Virus record (IMG/VR): IMGVR_UViG_3300028840_006907
Location: 320,001 to 384,000 of that record
Length of the DNA: 64,000 nucleotides
Strand: one strand, 5' to 3'
Source: a virus
Part shown: positions 19,253 to 27,978 of the stretch, piece by piece
Numbering within the stretch: position 1 is the stretch's first letter
Layout of the letters: the number at the start of each line of letters is the position of its first letter
Position numbers and translations under genes: made by a program
The notes under the pieces: model-generated
What the model saw: only the letters and a program-made list of their open reading frames with translations
Databases searched by the model: none
What the model was told of the DNA's origin: nothing

Positions 19253-19312
19253 TTTTTCTGAATAAATCAGGTTTTTTTCTTATTCTTTCGATAATTTCTC
19301 TTCTCTTTTTTC

Positions 19313-19327
19313 TCATAATTTATTATA
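19313..19327 (+). promoter_or_regulatory. candidate leader promoter motif TTATAATTATATATA
   Basis: 15-bp motif in the AT-rich leader ~90 bp upstream of the first repeat; identical 15-mer recurs at 56411-56425. Confidence 0.35.
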
Positions 19328-19414
19328 ATTATATATAGTATCTATAGCTCTTTGAAATTGGTAGAAATTTACTGAATCCGTAAGCCCTTGATCTTATGAT
19401 ATTTATGTTTTAGT

Positions 19415-20311
19415 ATATTCCCCGCGTATGCGGGGCTGGGCCGATAAATCTTAAAATGGGTAAGATAAAAACCTGAATATTCCCCGCCCATGCGGGGCTG
19501 ATGCGTAATATAAATAATTTTTGATCAATTATAGGACATATTCCCCGCCCCTGCGGGGATTCCCCGAAAATATTGATGTTTTTTTGTATATATCAAAAAT
19601 ATTCCCCGCCCCTGCGGGGTTGATGCGAATACCGAACAAGTGCAGGGCCTGCAGATTATATATTCCCCGCGTATGCGGGGCTGGCGCGTAGGAGGTAAAA
19701 ATGAAATCGAAACATATTCCCCGCGTATGCGGGGCTGGTTCTAGAATTGAATGAAGCGCTGAATTTTCCCCGCCCATGCGGGGCTGAACCGACCGGGAAA
19801 TCATATCTATCCATAAATCTTGCATATTCCCCGCGTATGCGGGGCTGAACCGATACTAGATTGGGACATGTGTTTACCCAGAACATATTCCCCGCCCATG
19901 CGGGGCTGAACCGATTTCAAAAAACACGACCAGATAAAGATGAATATTCCCCGCGTATGCGGGGCTGTGTCAGGGTGAGAGGCTCGTGACGAATAATTTT
20001 TCATATTCCCCGACTCTTCGGGGTTGCCCCTCAGGAAGCTATTGAATTGCAAAAAACTGTATTCCCCGTCTATGCGGGGCTGTCTCTCCACATGCAAATG
20101 TAAGTAGTAAATACTGAATATTCCCCGGCATTCCGGGGCTGATCCCGTCTGGTAAAAACATAAAATGGTTCATCATAAGTATTCCCCGCCCATGCGAGGT
20201 TGGGCCATCCAGTACTGCTACTGCTAGGACCGTATTCCCCGCCCATGCGGGGCTGATCCTACGACTGGGACAGAAGTATTCATTGGTTTCACCCCGGCCT
20301 TTCCGGGGTCT
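19415..20311 (+). CRISPR. CRISPR-like array, 16 palindromic repeats with type I-E-like repeat sequence; non-canonical (degenerate 3' ends, variable spacing); no cas genes in window
   Basis: Consensus ATATTCCCCGCGTATGCGGGG(CTGAACCG) with repeat starts at 19415, 19477, 19538, 19599, 19660, 19714, 19764, 19824, 19885, 19944, 20003, 20059, 20118, 20179, 20232, 20288. Periods 50-62 bp (mode 61). Unique intervening sequences; AT-rich leader upstream; last repeat degenerate. Confidence 0.55.
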
Positions 20312-20316
20312 AAAAT

Positions 20317-20355
20317 AAGGATCTGAGATTTTTTTCTTAGATCCTTATATTTTTA
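20317..20355 (+). terminator. terminator-like hairpin downstream of the array
   Basis: AAGGATCTGAG - 8-nt loop - CTTAGATCCTT (one G-U wobble) followed by a T-rich tract. Confidence 0.35.
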
Positions 20356-20409
20356 ATAATGTATTTATATTATTCCTTTAAATAATATCAAAATAAAAAA
20401 GGAAAAAGT

Positions 20410-21315
20410 ATGGCAATTGCGTTTATGAGAGGAAGCACCACTAATCAGAATGATTTGACCATAACGGTACGTGATACATCCAATAATTTGATCGACCCGT
20501 ATTCGTTGGAGTATGCTGTCTTCGATTACACTAGTGGCACTGAGGTCCTCATCGGATCCCCTGTTAATACTCCGCTCAAGTTGTCAACAGGAGAATATTG
20601 GGCGGAGGTTGTAATAGCAGCCGATGCCAATATAGGTCTCTGGCGCATCCGTTGGACAATTCAAGAAACAGCAGTCAGTCCTGTTTATCAATCGGTTCAG
20701 GAATTTCAAGTAGTAGGTTCCAGTGTTGTGACGAGTGTAACCGGAGATGCAAATTTTGATGCATTGGTCCATTCTTTACGAGTGATACTCCGAGACAACA
20801 ATCCGGACCGCAACTACAGATTTCGTCCCCCAGCTTCCGAGAAATTTATCCAAGGTCAGACCCAAGTCTTTGGATTCATTTGGGAAGATGAAGAGCTTGT
20901 AGAGTATATATACATGGCTATTGACGACTTCAATTCACGCCCCCCGACTACAGGTATAGATGTGGCCAATCTTTGGGGAACTGAGAGACGGTGGAGAACT
21001 ACAATTATTTTAAGAGCAGCAGCTTTTGCATGTTTCGCTATAACAATGAATTGGATCGCTGACGAATTTTCTTATTCAATTTCTGGAGTATCTCTTGACA
21101 TTGAGAAATCTTCGAAGTATCAATCTATGAAAGAGAATTATATCAATGAATATGACAAGCTTGTCGAGGCCAATAAGAGATCCATAAAAATTATAAAAGG
21201 TCTTAGGCAATATCGGTACGGGGTGGGCATCACGAGCGCCCTGGGACCCATGAACAGACCTGGAGTTCAAAGTAGAAGAAACCTTATAAGTCCAAGTTAT
21301 GGCCCTTATTTCTAA
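20410..21315 (+). CDS. hypothetical protein
   Basis: 301-aa ORF with AAGGAAAAAG RBS. Confidence 0.45.
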   Translation: MAIAFMRGSTTNQNDLTITVRDTSNNLIDPYSLEYAVFDYTSGTEVLIGSPVNTPLKLSTGEYWAEVVIAADANIGLWRIRWTIQETAVSPVYQSVQEFQVVGSSVVTSVTGDANFDALVHSLRVILRDNNPDRNYRFRPPASEKFIQGQTQVFGFIWEDEELVEYIYMAIDDFNSRPPTTGIDVANLWGTERRWRTTIILRAAAFACFAITMNWIADEFSYSISGVSLDIEKSSKYQSMKENYINEYDKLVEANKRSIKIIKGLRQYRYGVGITSALGPMNRPGVQSRRNLISPSYGPYF

Positions 21316-21408
21316 TGAGTTATGGAGATGATAGCTTTTTCTGTAAATCTAAATTATTCTATATGATTTTATAAAGAATATTTGTAGACTTGGACCTAGG
21401 GCAGTACC

Positions 21409-23859
21409 TTATATTTTATTATTTTTTCTAAGGAGAGCTATCTGACGTTTAATCCATCGAGGAGTTTCTTCAAGAGTTTCAGCCATTTGATTTCTTGTCA
21501 TCTTTCCACGATTATCTATTATGAATTGGAGCTTTTCTTCAGTCTTTCTATCTTTGGTACAACCAATAGGGTTTTTTGTAGATAATGTACCTTTTTTTTG
21601 TAAGAATTTTATTTGAGATTTAACCCATCGCTCTGTTTCATTGAGAGCTTTAGATAATTCTTTTTTAGTTTTATTTTTATAATTAGTGATTATATACTGC
21701 GTTTTTTCAGGGGTTCTTCTACATTTTGTTGAGAATTTAGAAATCTCTTTTAAATAGGTAAATTTCTCAGTGGGTTGTTTAATATTTATATCTTCAATAC
21801 ATTTTGAATTATATATTTCTTTTTCTCTTTTAGGATAAGGTTTAGTAACATAATTTTTTAATTTGTTAATTTTTTTCTTATCTCTTTTATTTTCACCTAT
21901 TAATAAGACATATTTATGTTTTCTTTCAGTAATAAATTTTTGAGCTTCAGATAATATATTTTTATTCCAATTATTCCATTGAACTTTAATTCCTTCTGGT
22001 ATGGTACTCATATTTTTAAAACCATTTTCTTTAAACCATTCCTTTTGAGAAATAATCCCTTGATTTTTACACCATTTTTTAAATGCTGATGTACGTTTTA
22101 GAGATTGAGCTGAAAAAGTCCTATTATTTTTAATGGAAGGATGTTTATATAAGTATGAACTTCCAAAGTTATTTCCTAGATAATCAAATCCACAAGCTTG
22201 GTAAATAGTCCCTATTTCAAGAGCTTTAGGATCAGCATAACCTATGAAAGCTCTTTTAGAAGTGTTATTAGCCATCCAATTACAAGCAAACCTTATAAGA
22301 CGGCTACCCAGGTTTTTCGGGGTCCATGAGGCAGTGGCACCTCTTTGAATTAAAGCTTCATATTTGGGAGTATCTTTACCTAGAATTTTGGAATATGCTG
22401 TGGGTTCATTTATAAATAATACTCCTGCGAGAATATTATTGTATCTGGCTGTGAAGCACCATTTTGGTATTACTCCAATTGTTCCTAACCATTCATATTT
22501 TTTTATAAATTGGACCATTTCATTATTAAATTTTTCTTCAGATAATGTAAAAGAAGTAGCTTTTAAAGAAGAGTGATTGAAATCGATATTTTTTTTATCT
22601 TCATCAATCCATTGAAGTTTCTTTTTATATTGGTGGCATATAAAAGTGGTCTTGTTTTTACTGTTAATTTTATTTTTTATTAAATCAATGATAATACCTT
22701 TTCGGATAGCTTCTTTTACATCATCAGACCAAAATCTAATCAAATTGGGTATATTTTTATTTTGGATTTCATCATTCTTAATATTTTCTTTTATTTTTAA
22801 TGCCCTTGGAGACGTATCATTTTCTCTTATTTCTTTACCATGCCAATAATTACCATCATATTGTACCCATAAGTTATAGCGAGGCATATAGAAATCAATT
22901 ACATGTTTAATAATTGGGTGCATAACTTGATGTTCTACAAAAGGATCAAATACAATAAGATAATTAAAAAAGTTATTTTCTTCATCTGAGGATGAGAAGG
23001 AATTATTTAGTTTAACTGTTTTATATGTTTTTTCTTTTATTTCAACATTCTGTTGGGGATTTTCAACGCCATATCTTTCAATATTAGTTTCAGTGATTTT
23101 TTTCTTAATCTCTGGAGATTGGAATACATTGTCAACCCCGTATCTTGATTGTACTGTTACTTTAACTTTTCTTTTTACTTCTTTAGATTGAGAGGGGTAT
23201 TCTACTCCTCGTTTTTCAATATTAGATTGACGGGATTTTTCTTTCATTGAGTTTAGTTGAGTAGAATATTCTACGCCATAACGTTTTTTAATAGTTTCGT
23301 TATTATGTTTAACTATATCTTCATTTATTTTATCTCGATTCCTTCTTAATCCTAGTTTAATAGCTCTTTCTCGGATGGCTTTCCAGGTCCTGTTTTCAAA
23401 GTAGAGCATAATAAATTCCATAGAATTCTTTTCATATACTTCTTTTAAAAGATCATCTTCTTTGGGTGACCAGAAGTCTTCCCTAGCAGGAGCGCTTTTA
23501 CCACCATCAATCATTTCTTGTTTAATTATTTCAGGATTTCTTTGAAGGTTTAATTTTTGAGCATTACTTCGGATGCTTTGCCATGATCGATTCTTGAATT
23601 TAGAAAGGATAAATTCTTTTGAATTATTTTCATATATATTTTTAAGAATATTTATCTCTTCGGTTGTCCAGGAATCTTTTCTTGGTCCTCTTTTTTTACG
23701 GTCTTCATTTATAAGGTCAGGATTACGGTGAAGATTTAGCTTACGTGCTTTTCTACAGATGGTTGTCCAAGATTTATTTAATTTGGAGATAATAAATTCT
23801 TTTGAATTATTTTTATATATTTCTTTTAATAAATTTTCTTCTTCTATTTTCCAACGCAT
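21409..23859 (-). CDS. multidomain hypothetical protein: N-terminal triplicated helical repeats, YGV(E/D)N repeats, possible Vsr/PD-(D/E)xK-like nuclease core
   Basis: Start set at second Met (MRWKIEE) with AAGAGG RBS; track start is 23916. Three ~50-aa repeats (SWTTEEINILKNIYENNSKEFI...); three RYGVxNxxQ repeats; VIDFYMPRYNLWVQYDGNYWHG resembles a Vsr/DUF559-type core. Only minus-strand gene in the plus-strand block. Confidence 0.5.
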   Translation of the reverse strand: MRWKIEEENLLKEIYKNNSKEFIISKLNKSWTTICRKARKLNLHRNPDLINEDRKKRGPRKDSWTTEEINILKNIYENNSKEFILSKFKNRSWQSIRSNAQKLNLQRNPEIIKQEMIDGGKSAPAREDFWSPKEDDLLKEVYEKNSMEFIMLYFENRTWKAIRERAIKLGLRRNRDKINEDIVKHNNETIKKRYGVEYSTQLNSMKEKSRQSNIEKRGVEYPSQSKEVKRKVKVTVQSRYGVDNVFQSPEIKKKITETNIERYGVENPQQNVEIKEKTYKTVKLNNSFSSSDEENNFFNYLIVFDPFVEHQVMHPIIKHVIDFYMPRYNLWVQYDGNYWHGKEIRENDTSPRALKIKENIKNDEIQNKNIPNLIRFWSDDVKEAIRKGIIIDLIKNKINSKNKTTFICHQYKKKLQWIDEDKKNIDFNHSSLKATSFTLSEEKFNNEMVQFIKKYEWLGTIGVIPKWCFTARYNNILAGVLFINEPTAYSKILGKDTPKYEALIQRGATASWTPKNLGSRLIRFACNWMANNTSKRAFIGYADPKALEIGTIYQACGFDYLGNNFGSSYLYKHPSIKNNRTFSAQSLKRTSAFKKWCKNQGIISQKEWFKENGFKNMSTIPEGIKVQWNNWNKNILSEAQKFITERKHKYVLLIGENKRDKKKINKLKNYVTKPYPKREKEIYNSKCIEDINIKQPTEKFTYLKEISKFSTKCRRTPEKTQYIITNYKNKTKKELSKALNETERWVKSQIKFLQKKGTLSTKNPIGCTKDRKTEEKLQFIIDNRGKMTRNQMAETLEETPRWIKRQIALLRKNNKI

Positions 23860-23962
23860 ATGAGTACCTCTTTTTAGTATATTACTTATTATAACAGGTA
23901 TTAGAGTTATTGTCAATATTTCATTTAATAAATATGGAATTCATTAATTTATAGGGAAAAAG

Positions 23963-24316
23963 ATGGAAATTGAAATTTATGGAAAAGAATTTGTTTCTTG
24001 TAATATTTTAAGGGCTGAAGTAGGTACAAATTGCCCACAGGGGGGAGATACAGGACATGGTGGTCGAACTATTTTAAGATTGATTGATGAAGCAGCTACT
24101 GATATAAGTATAAAAGTAGATGGTCAGCCTTTAGGTAGTATAAAAACTTTGGAAATATTATTAGGTGGCGATACTGAGTGCGACACTTTTATGAATGCTC
24201 TTAATTTTGCCTTGAATGTATTAAAAGATCATAATCCAAATTATGAAATGGATCCACATATAAGAGGTTCTGGGAAGGGATTGATACAAAAAGATTATAA
24301 AATAGAAACATTATGA
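23963..24316 (+). CDS. hypothetical protein
   Basis: 117-aa ORF; stop overlaps next start (ATGA). Confidence 0.4.
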   Translation: MEIEIYGKEFVSCNILRAEVGTNCPQGGDTGHGGRTILRLIDEAATDISIKVDGQPLGSIKTLEILLGGDTECDTFMNALNFALNVLKDHNPNYEMDPHIRGSGKGLIQKDYKIETL

Positions 24317-24861
24317 TTACAAAGATAGAATTATTAGAAAAATACAGAACTTTAAAACCGTTTGTTATGGAGCCTAATCTAGGAGTCAATCTTATTGTTG
24401 GTGAGAATGGTTCGGGTAAATCCTCATTGTTAAATATTATAAAGGAAAATGCTCCTGAGGTAAGATTAGAAATTGAAGGTACTATAAATTATTACCATTT
24501 TGATACGGAAAAGGACAATCCTCGAACTCAAGGCACTCTTCCATTTAATGCTCCTGGTGATGTTTATGCCTATCATCTGACGTCACATTTCCAGAGTCAT
24601 GGTGAAGTACTATTTCCTATTTTAAATCTTATGAGAACTTTTGAGAACAGGATTTTATTCTATGATGAACCGGAGAGTGGGGTCTCGATTAATAATCAGT
24701 TAAAGGCATGTACTGCGATAAGAAAAGCGGTAAGGAATGGTTGTCAACTTTTTATTGCGACTCATTCTTATATATTTATAAAAAAATTTAAAAAAGTCTT
24801 TGATTTAAAGACATATCAATTTGTAAAATCAGAGGATTGGTTATCTCAATTTAGGATATAA
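24313..24861 (+). CDS. small P-loop NTPase (ABC/AAA_21-like ATPase fragment)
   Basis: 182 aa; Walker A GENGSGKSS and Walker B-like ILFYDEPESG; short for a full ABC ATPase. Confidence 0.5.
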   Translation: MITKIELLEKYRTLKPFVMEPNLGVNLIVGENGSGKSSLLNIIKENAPEVRLEIEGTINYYHFDTEKDNPRTQGTLPFNAPGDVYAYHLTSHFQSHGEVLFPILNLMRTFENRILFYDEPESGVSINNQLKACTAIRKAVRNGCQLFIATHSYIFIKKFKKVFDLKTYQFVKSEDWLSQFRI

Positions 24862-25073
24862 CATGATACCAGAATGGGTTTATAGATTAATGGTTGAAGA
24901 TCGAGAACGATGTATGATAAATCATTTAGAAAAAAGGAATTATATTGACGAGGAAGAGATAAAAGAGAATACTCTTTCTGATATCTCTGAAAAGGATTAA
25001 AATATGACTCTCATGGATTTACATAAATAAATTTTATTTCACATATTTTTTAACTTTACATAAGGAGACATAC

Positions 25074-25913
25074 ATGCACAAAATAATAGTCTTATTATTA
25101 GTTTTGTTAGTGAATGTTTTTTCTGTAACGCCTGAATATTTGTGGGTAGGTTCCTACACTATTGAGCATTACAATAATGGTGTTTATTTGGCTTATAGTC
25201 ATAAGCAAGCTTCTGCTTTTACTTCTCTAATGAGTTGGCTTATTAATTGGAAAAATCTTGATATTGATTATAAGTGGAATCATAACTATAAGGATGCTGC
25301 TGTTAATGAGACAGTATTCGAAGGACAGGATTTTAATATTAATGAATTTCTCATTTTTGTTAGTCATGGTTATCGGGGAGGAATGGTCATTAATAAATAT
25401 AATACTTCGACTACTTATGCAATGGATATCTCTAATCAATATCCTAATACCAGATCATGGGATTTTGGTAATTCTTATACCAAATGGATTATCATGGGTT
25501 CTTGTCATACAATCCTGGATGAGCATGTGACTGTGTGGGGGACCACTTTTTATTTTTACGATCAGATTTTTGATGGTGTGCATAGTATTATGGGCTATAA
25601 ATCTGATGGTAGAAACGTTTATGATGGTGGTCCGATAGGAAGATTCCCATTAGAGTGGGTTCATAATCGACGTTCTATTTGGAATGCATGGCGTGTGTCG
25701 GTCCGGGAAGAAGTATATGAAGGTTGCAACCAAGATGTGACACCTTCCATGGTAGGTGTTTGGGGAACTGTGAATGGGCAAGATTGGGATGCAGATACTG
25801 AATTGTTTTATGCTGTGTATGATGCCTTAACACCTCATAATGAAACTTTGGGGGCTTGGATAGGTTATGGTATGATGTATCGTCATGTTGAATATGGCGA
25901 TCCGGAATATTAA
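25074..25913 (+). CDS. secreted hypothetical protein
   Basis: 279 aa; N-terminal signal-peptide-like MHKIIVLLLVLLVNVFSVTPE; AAGGAGA RBS. Confidence 0.45.
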   Translation: MHKIIVLLLVLLVNVFSVTPEYLWVGSYTIEHYNNGVYLAYSHKQASAFTSLMSWLINWKNLDIDYKWNHNYKDAAVNETVFEGQDFNINEFLIFVSHGYRGGMVINKYNTSTTYAMDISNQYPNTRSWDFGNSYTKWIIMGSCHTILDEHVTVWGTTFYFYDQIFDGVHSIMGYKSDGRNVYDGGPIGRFPLEWVHNRRSIWNAWRVSVREEVYEGCNQDVTPSMVGVWGTVNGQDWDADTELFYAVYDALTPHNETLGAWIGYGMMYRHVEYGDPEY

Positions 25914-25930
25914 AAAAGGGAGATAAAGAG

Positions 25931-26848
25931 ATGAAAAAAGTATTTATTATAATAGTATTGTTTTGTGCTTATGGATTTTCAGAAATATCTGTGTCAGATA
26001 TTGTTAAATCATTTGTGGATAATCCAAAGACTTTCAGATCTAGATTGTTGAAATATGAAGTTATTCCAGACCATGTTGATTTACCAATAGAATTTGTCGA
26101 TGATGAAGATGAAAGTTTATGGAAAACTAAGAAAAAGGTTAATTATATAATAGATTATTCAAAGATGTCGAAATGTGCTGATAAATTTAGAGATCTTTTT
26201 GCATATGAAGGATTGACTGAATATCAGTATATGGATCAGTCAAACCTTTTGGTATTTAATCATCCTAATGGTGGCCGTGAAGTATCCGCACAGATTGTCA
26301 GGGATTTGATTAATACTAGAACAGAGGCAGAATTAAAAAATATAGGATTGACTTTAGGTGAAAAGCTCTTTGCCATTTTTAAGAATAAAATAGAATTTCA
26401 ATGTACGGAAATAGAGTATACAAGGGGTCATACGAATTTAAACCAAATAAGTAAATACTCTATTCGATATAGGCGTATTTTTAATGATGGTATTGTCTTA
26501 CAGAATATTTCCTATATAATGTTAACTCTGGAAGGACTTGGTGATTTGATTGAAGTCGAGATTAAATGGCCTAAATTTAAAAAATGTGAAAATATAAAGA
26601 ATGGCATTTTAATTAAGGACGCTTTAATATTAGCTAAACAAGAGTATAATGAAATCGCTTCTCGAAAAGTTGATGAATTCTTAAATATTGAAGCTATCGA
26701 TAGACTTTCTATAACTGGATCTTGTTTTGGATGGACTCATGAGATCATTGATGGTGTTAATTTATTAAAACCTAGTTATGGGTTTGTGGGAATAGCTGAA
26801 ACAAAGAATGGTAAAAAAGAACATCATTATATAAATATCGATAAATGA
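25931..26848 (+). CDS. secreted hypothetical protein
   Basis: 305 aa; signal-peptide-like MKKVFIIIVLFCAYGFSEIS; GGGAGA RBS. Confidence 0.45.
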   Translation: MKKVFIIIVLFCAYGFSEISVSDIVKSFVDNPKTFRSRLLKYEVIPDHVDLPIEFVDDEDESLWKTKKKVNYIIDYSKMSKCADKFRDLFAYEGLTEYQYMDQSNLLVFNHPNGGREVSAQIVRDLINTRTEAELKNIGLTLGEKLFAIFKNKIEFQCTEIEYTRGHTNLNQISKYSIRYRRIFNDGIVLQNISYIMLTLEGLGDLIEVEIKWPKFKKCENIKNGILIKDALILAKQEYNEIASRKVDEFLNIEAIDRLSITGSCFGWTHEIIDGVNLLKPSYGFVGIAETKNGKKEHHYINIDK

Positions 26849-26888
26849 TCTATTTTTTTGATACAGTTTTGTAGAAATGGGCTAAATC

Positions 26889-27614
26889 TTGCAACAACAA
26901 ATTTTCGGGTGTTTAAAAGATACTCTTTCGATTCTGATTGTTTTAAAAGATCCTACAGTTGTTAAAAAGATTATAAGGTTTATTCAGCCTACTTATATTT
27001 ATAATATCACAATAGTTAATTCGGTTAAAGGAGCACAGGAAGTTCTTGACAAAGAAAGAGTTCATCTCTGTCTTCTGGGTTCTGAATTTAAAGAATTTGC
27101 TATTATAAATAAATATTTATATACTTCGTTTATAATATTTGTAATTGATGATATAAATTATCATGAGATTTTTAATTATGTGAAATTAGGAGTTAAGACT
27201 CTAATTGACAAAGGTAGTATTAACTTCTCTTTGATAAAAATAATTAATCATTTTTCTCTTAGGAATGTTATTAATCCATTCTATAGAAGAGGTTTCGAAG
27301 ATATTTTATCTGTTTCCACTGAAAAATTAATTGAAAGAAATCCTAGTGGAGTAACTGACTGGGCTTCTGATTGTGGTATATCAGAAAGACAATTAAGATG
27401 GATATGGAATATAAGATTTAAAGTAAAAACTAGAATCGTATTATTTATTTATAAAATTTATAAAACTGCTTTTGATGTTAAAAACCCTTTAGACAAAAAG
27501 ACCTTCGAACAATTAACTTTTTTCTTTATTTCCCATAAAAATGAAATAATAGATTATATCAATTACTTACAATTAAAAGATGTTCCTGTCTACAAAATGT
27601 TCTTTCAATCGTAA
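26889..27614 (+). CDS. possible pseudo-receiver/HTH regulatory protein
   Basis: 241-aa ORF with no in-frame ATG near the 5' end (TTG start); receiver-like FIIFVIDD...KLGVKTLIDKG and HTH-like GISERQLRWIW; low-complexity. May be degenerate. Confidence 0.3.
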   Translation: MQQQIFGCLKDTLSILIVLKDPTVVKKIIRFIQPTYIYNITIVNSVKGAQEVLDKERVHLCLLGSEFKEFAIINKYLYTSFIIFVIDDINYHEIFNYVKLGVKTLIDKGSINFSLIKIINHFSLRNVINPFYRRGFEDILSVSTEKLIERNPSGVTDWASDCGISERQLRWIWNIRFKVKTRIVLFIYKIYKTAFDVKNPLDKKTFEQLTFFFISHKNEIIDYINYLQLKDVPVYKMFFQS

Positions 27615-27695
27615 TAAACTTCTAATACTCTATTCAATGTAATAATCAATTGATATTTAGCTCTGTTTTAAAGACTATCTGATAAGGAGCAAAAA

Positions 27696-27941
27696 ATGGC
27701 TTTTGAAGTTGAATATTTTGAATTGTCACCGAGCGATGCAACAAATGAGTATGTCTCATTAGGGGGTGTTCCAGTGGTTGCTGATAATGTTGCAATAGAT
27801 CTTGTGGGAGGTACAGCCCAAGCATTAACGAATGATTTTGCCGTTGATGGAACAAGAATTGTATGGGATAGTACATCCTATAATTTAAATGGACTGCTTG
27901 CTACTGGTGACAAAATGAGAGCTATCTACGATAGATCCTAA
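27696..27941 (+). CDS. small hypothetical protein upstream of fibre genes
   Basis: 81 aa; AAGGAG RBS; immediately precedes the fibre gene pair. Confidence 0.4.
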   Translation: MAFEVEYFELSPSDATNEYVSLGGVPVVADNVAIDLVGGTAQALTNDFAVDGTRIVWDSTSYNLNGLLATGDKMRAIYDRS

Positions 27942-27978
27942 CACCTATAACTAATCGATTTTAAAGGAGTTAGAGCAA

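Noticed and set aside
19529-20097. Three minus-strand ORFs (19529-19825, 19656-19886, 19807-20097) overlapping the repeat array
   Set aside because: Their peptides are built from repeated translations of the hairpin repeat (PRMGGE, APHTRGI). They are artefacts of the periodic GC-rich repeat, not genes.
21409-23859. Single-effector Cas (Cas12/CasPhi-like) interpretation of the 835-aa protein next to the array
   Set aside because: No RuvC-like catalytic motifs recognisable; the domain content looks like DNA-binding repeats plus a Vsr-like nuclease. Kept as an open question in the findings rather than called.
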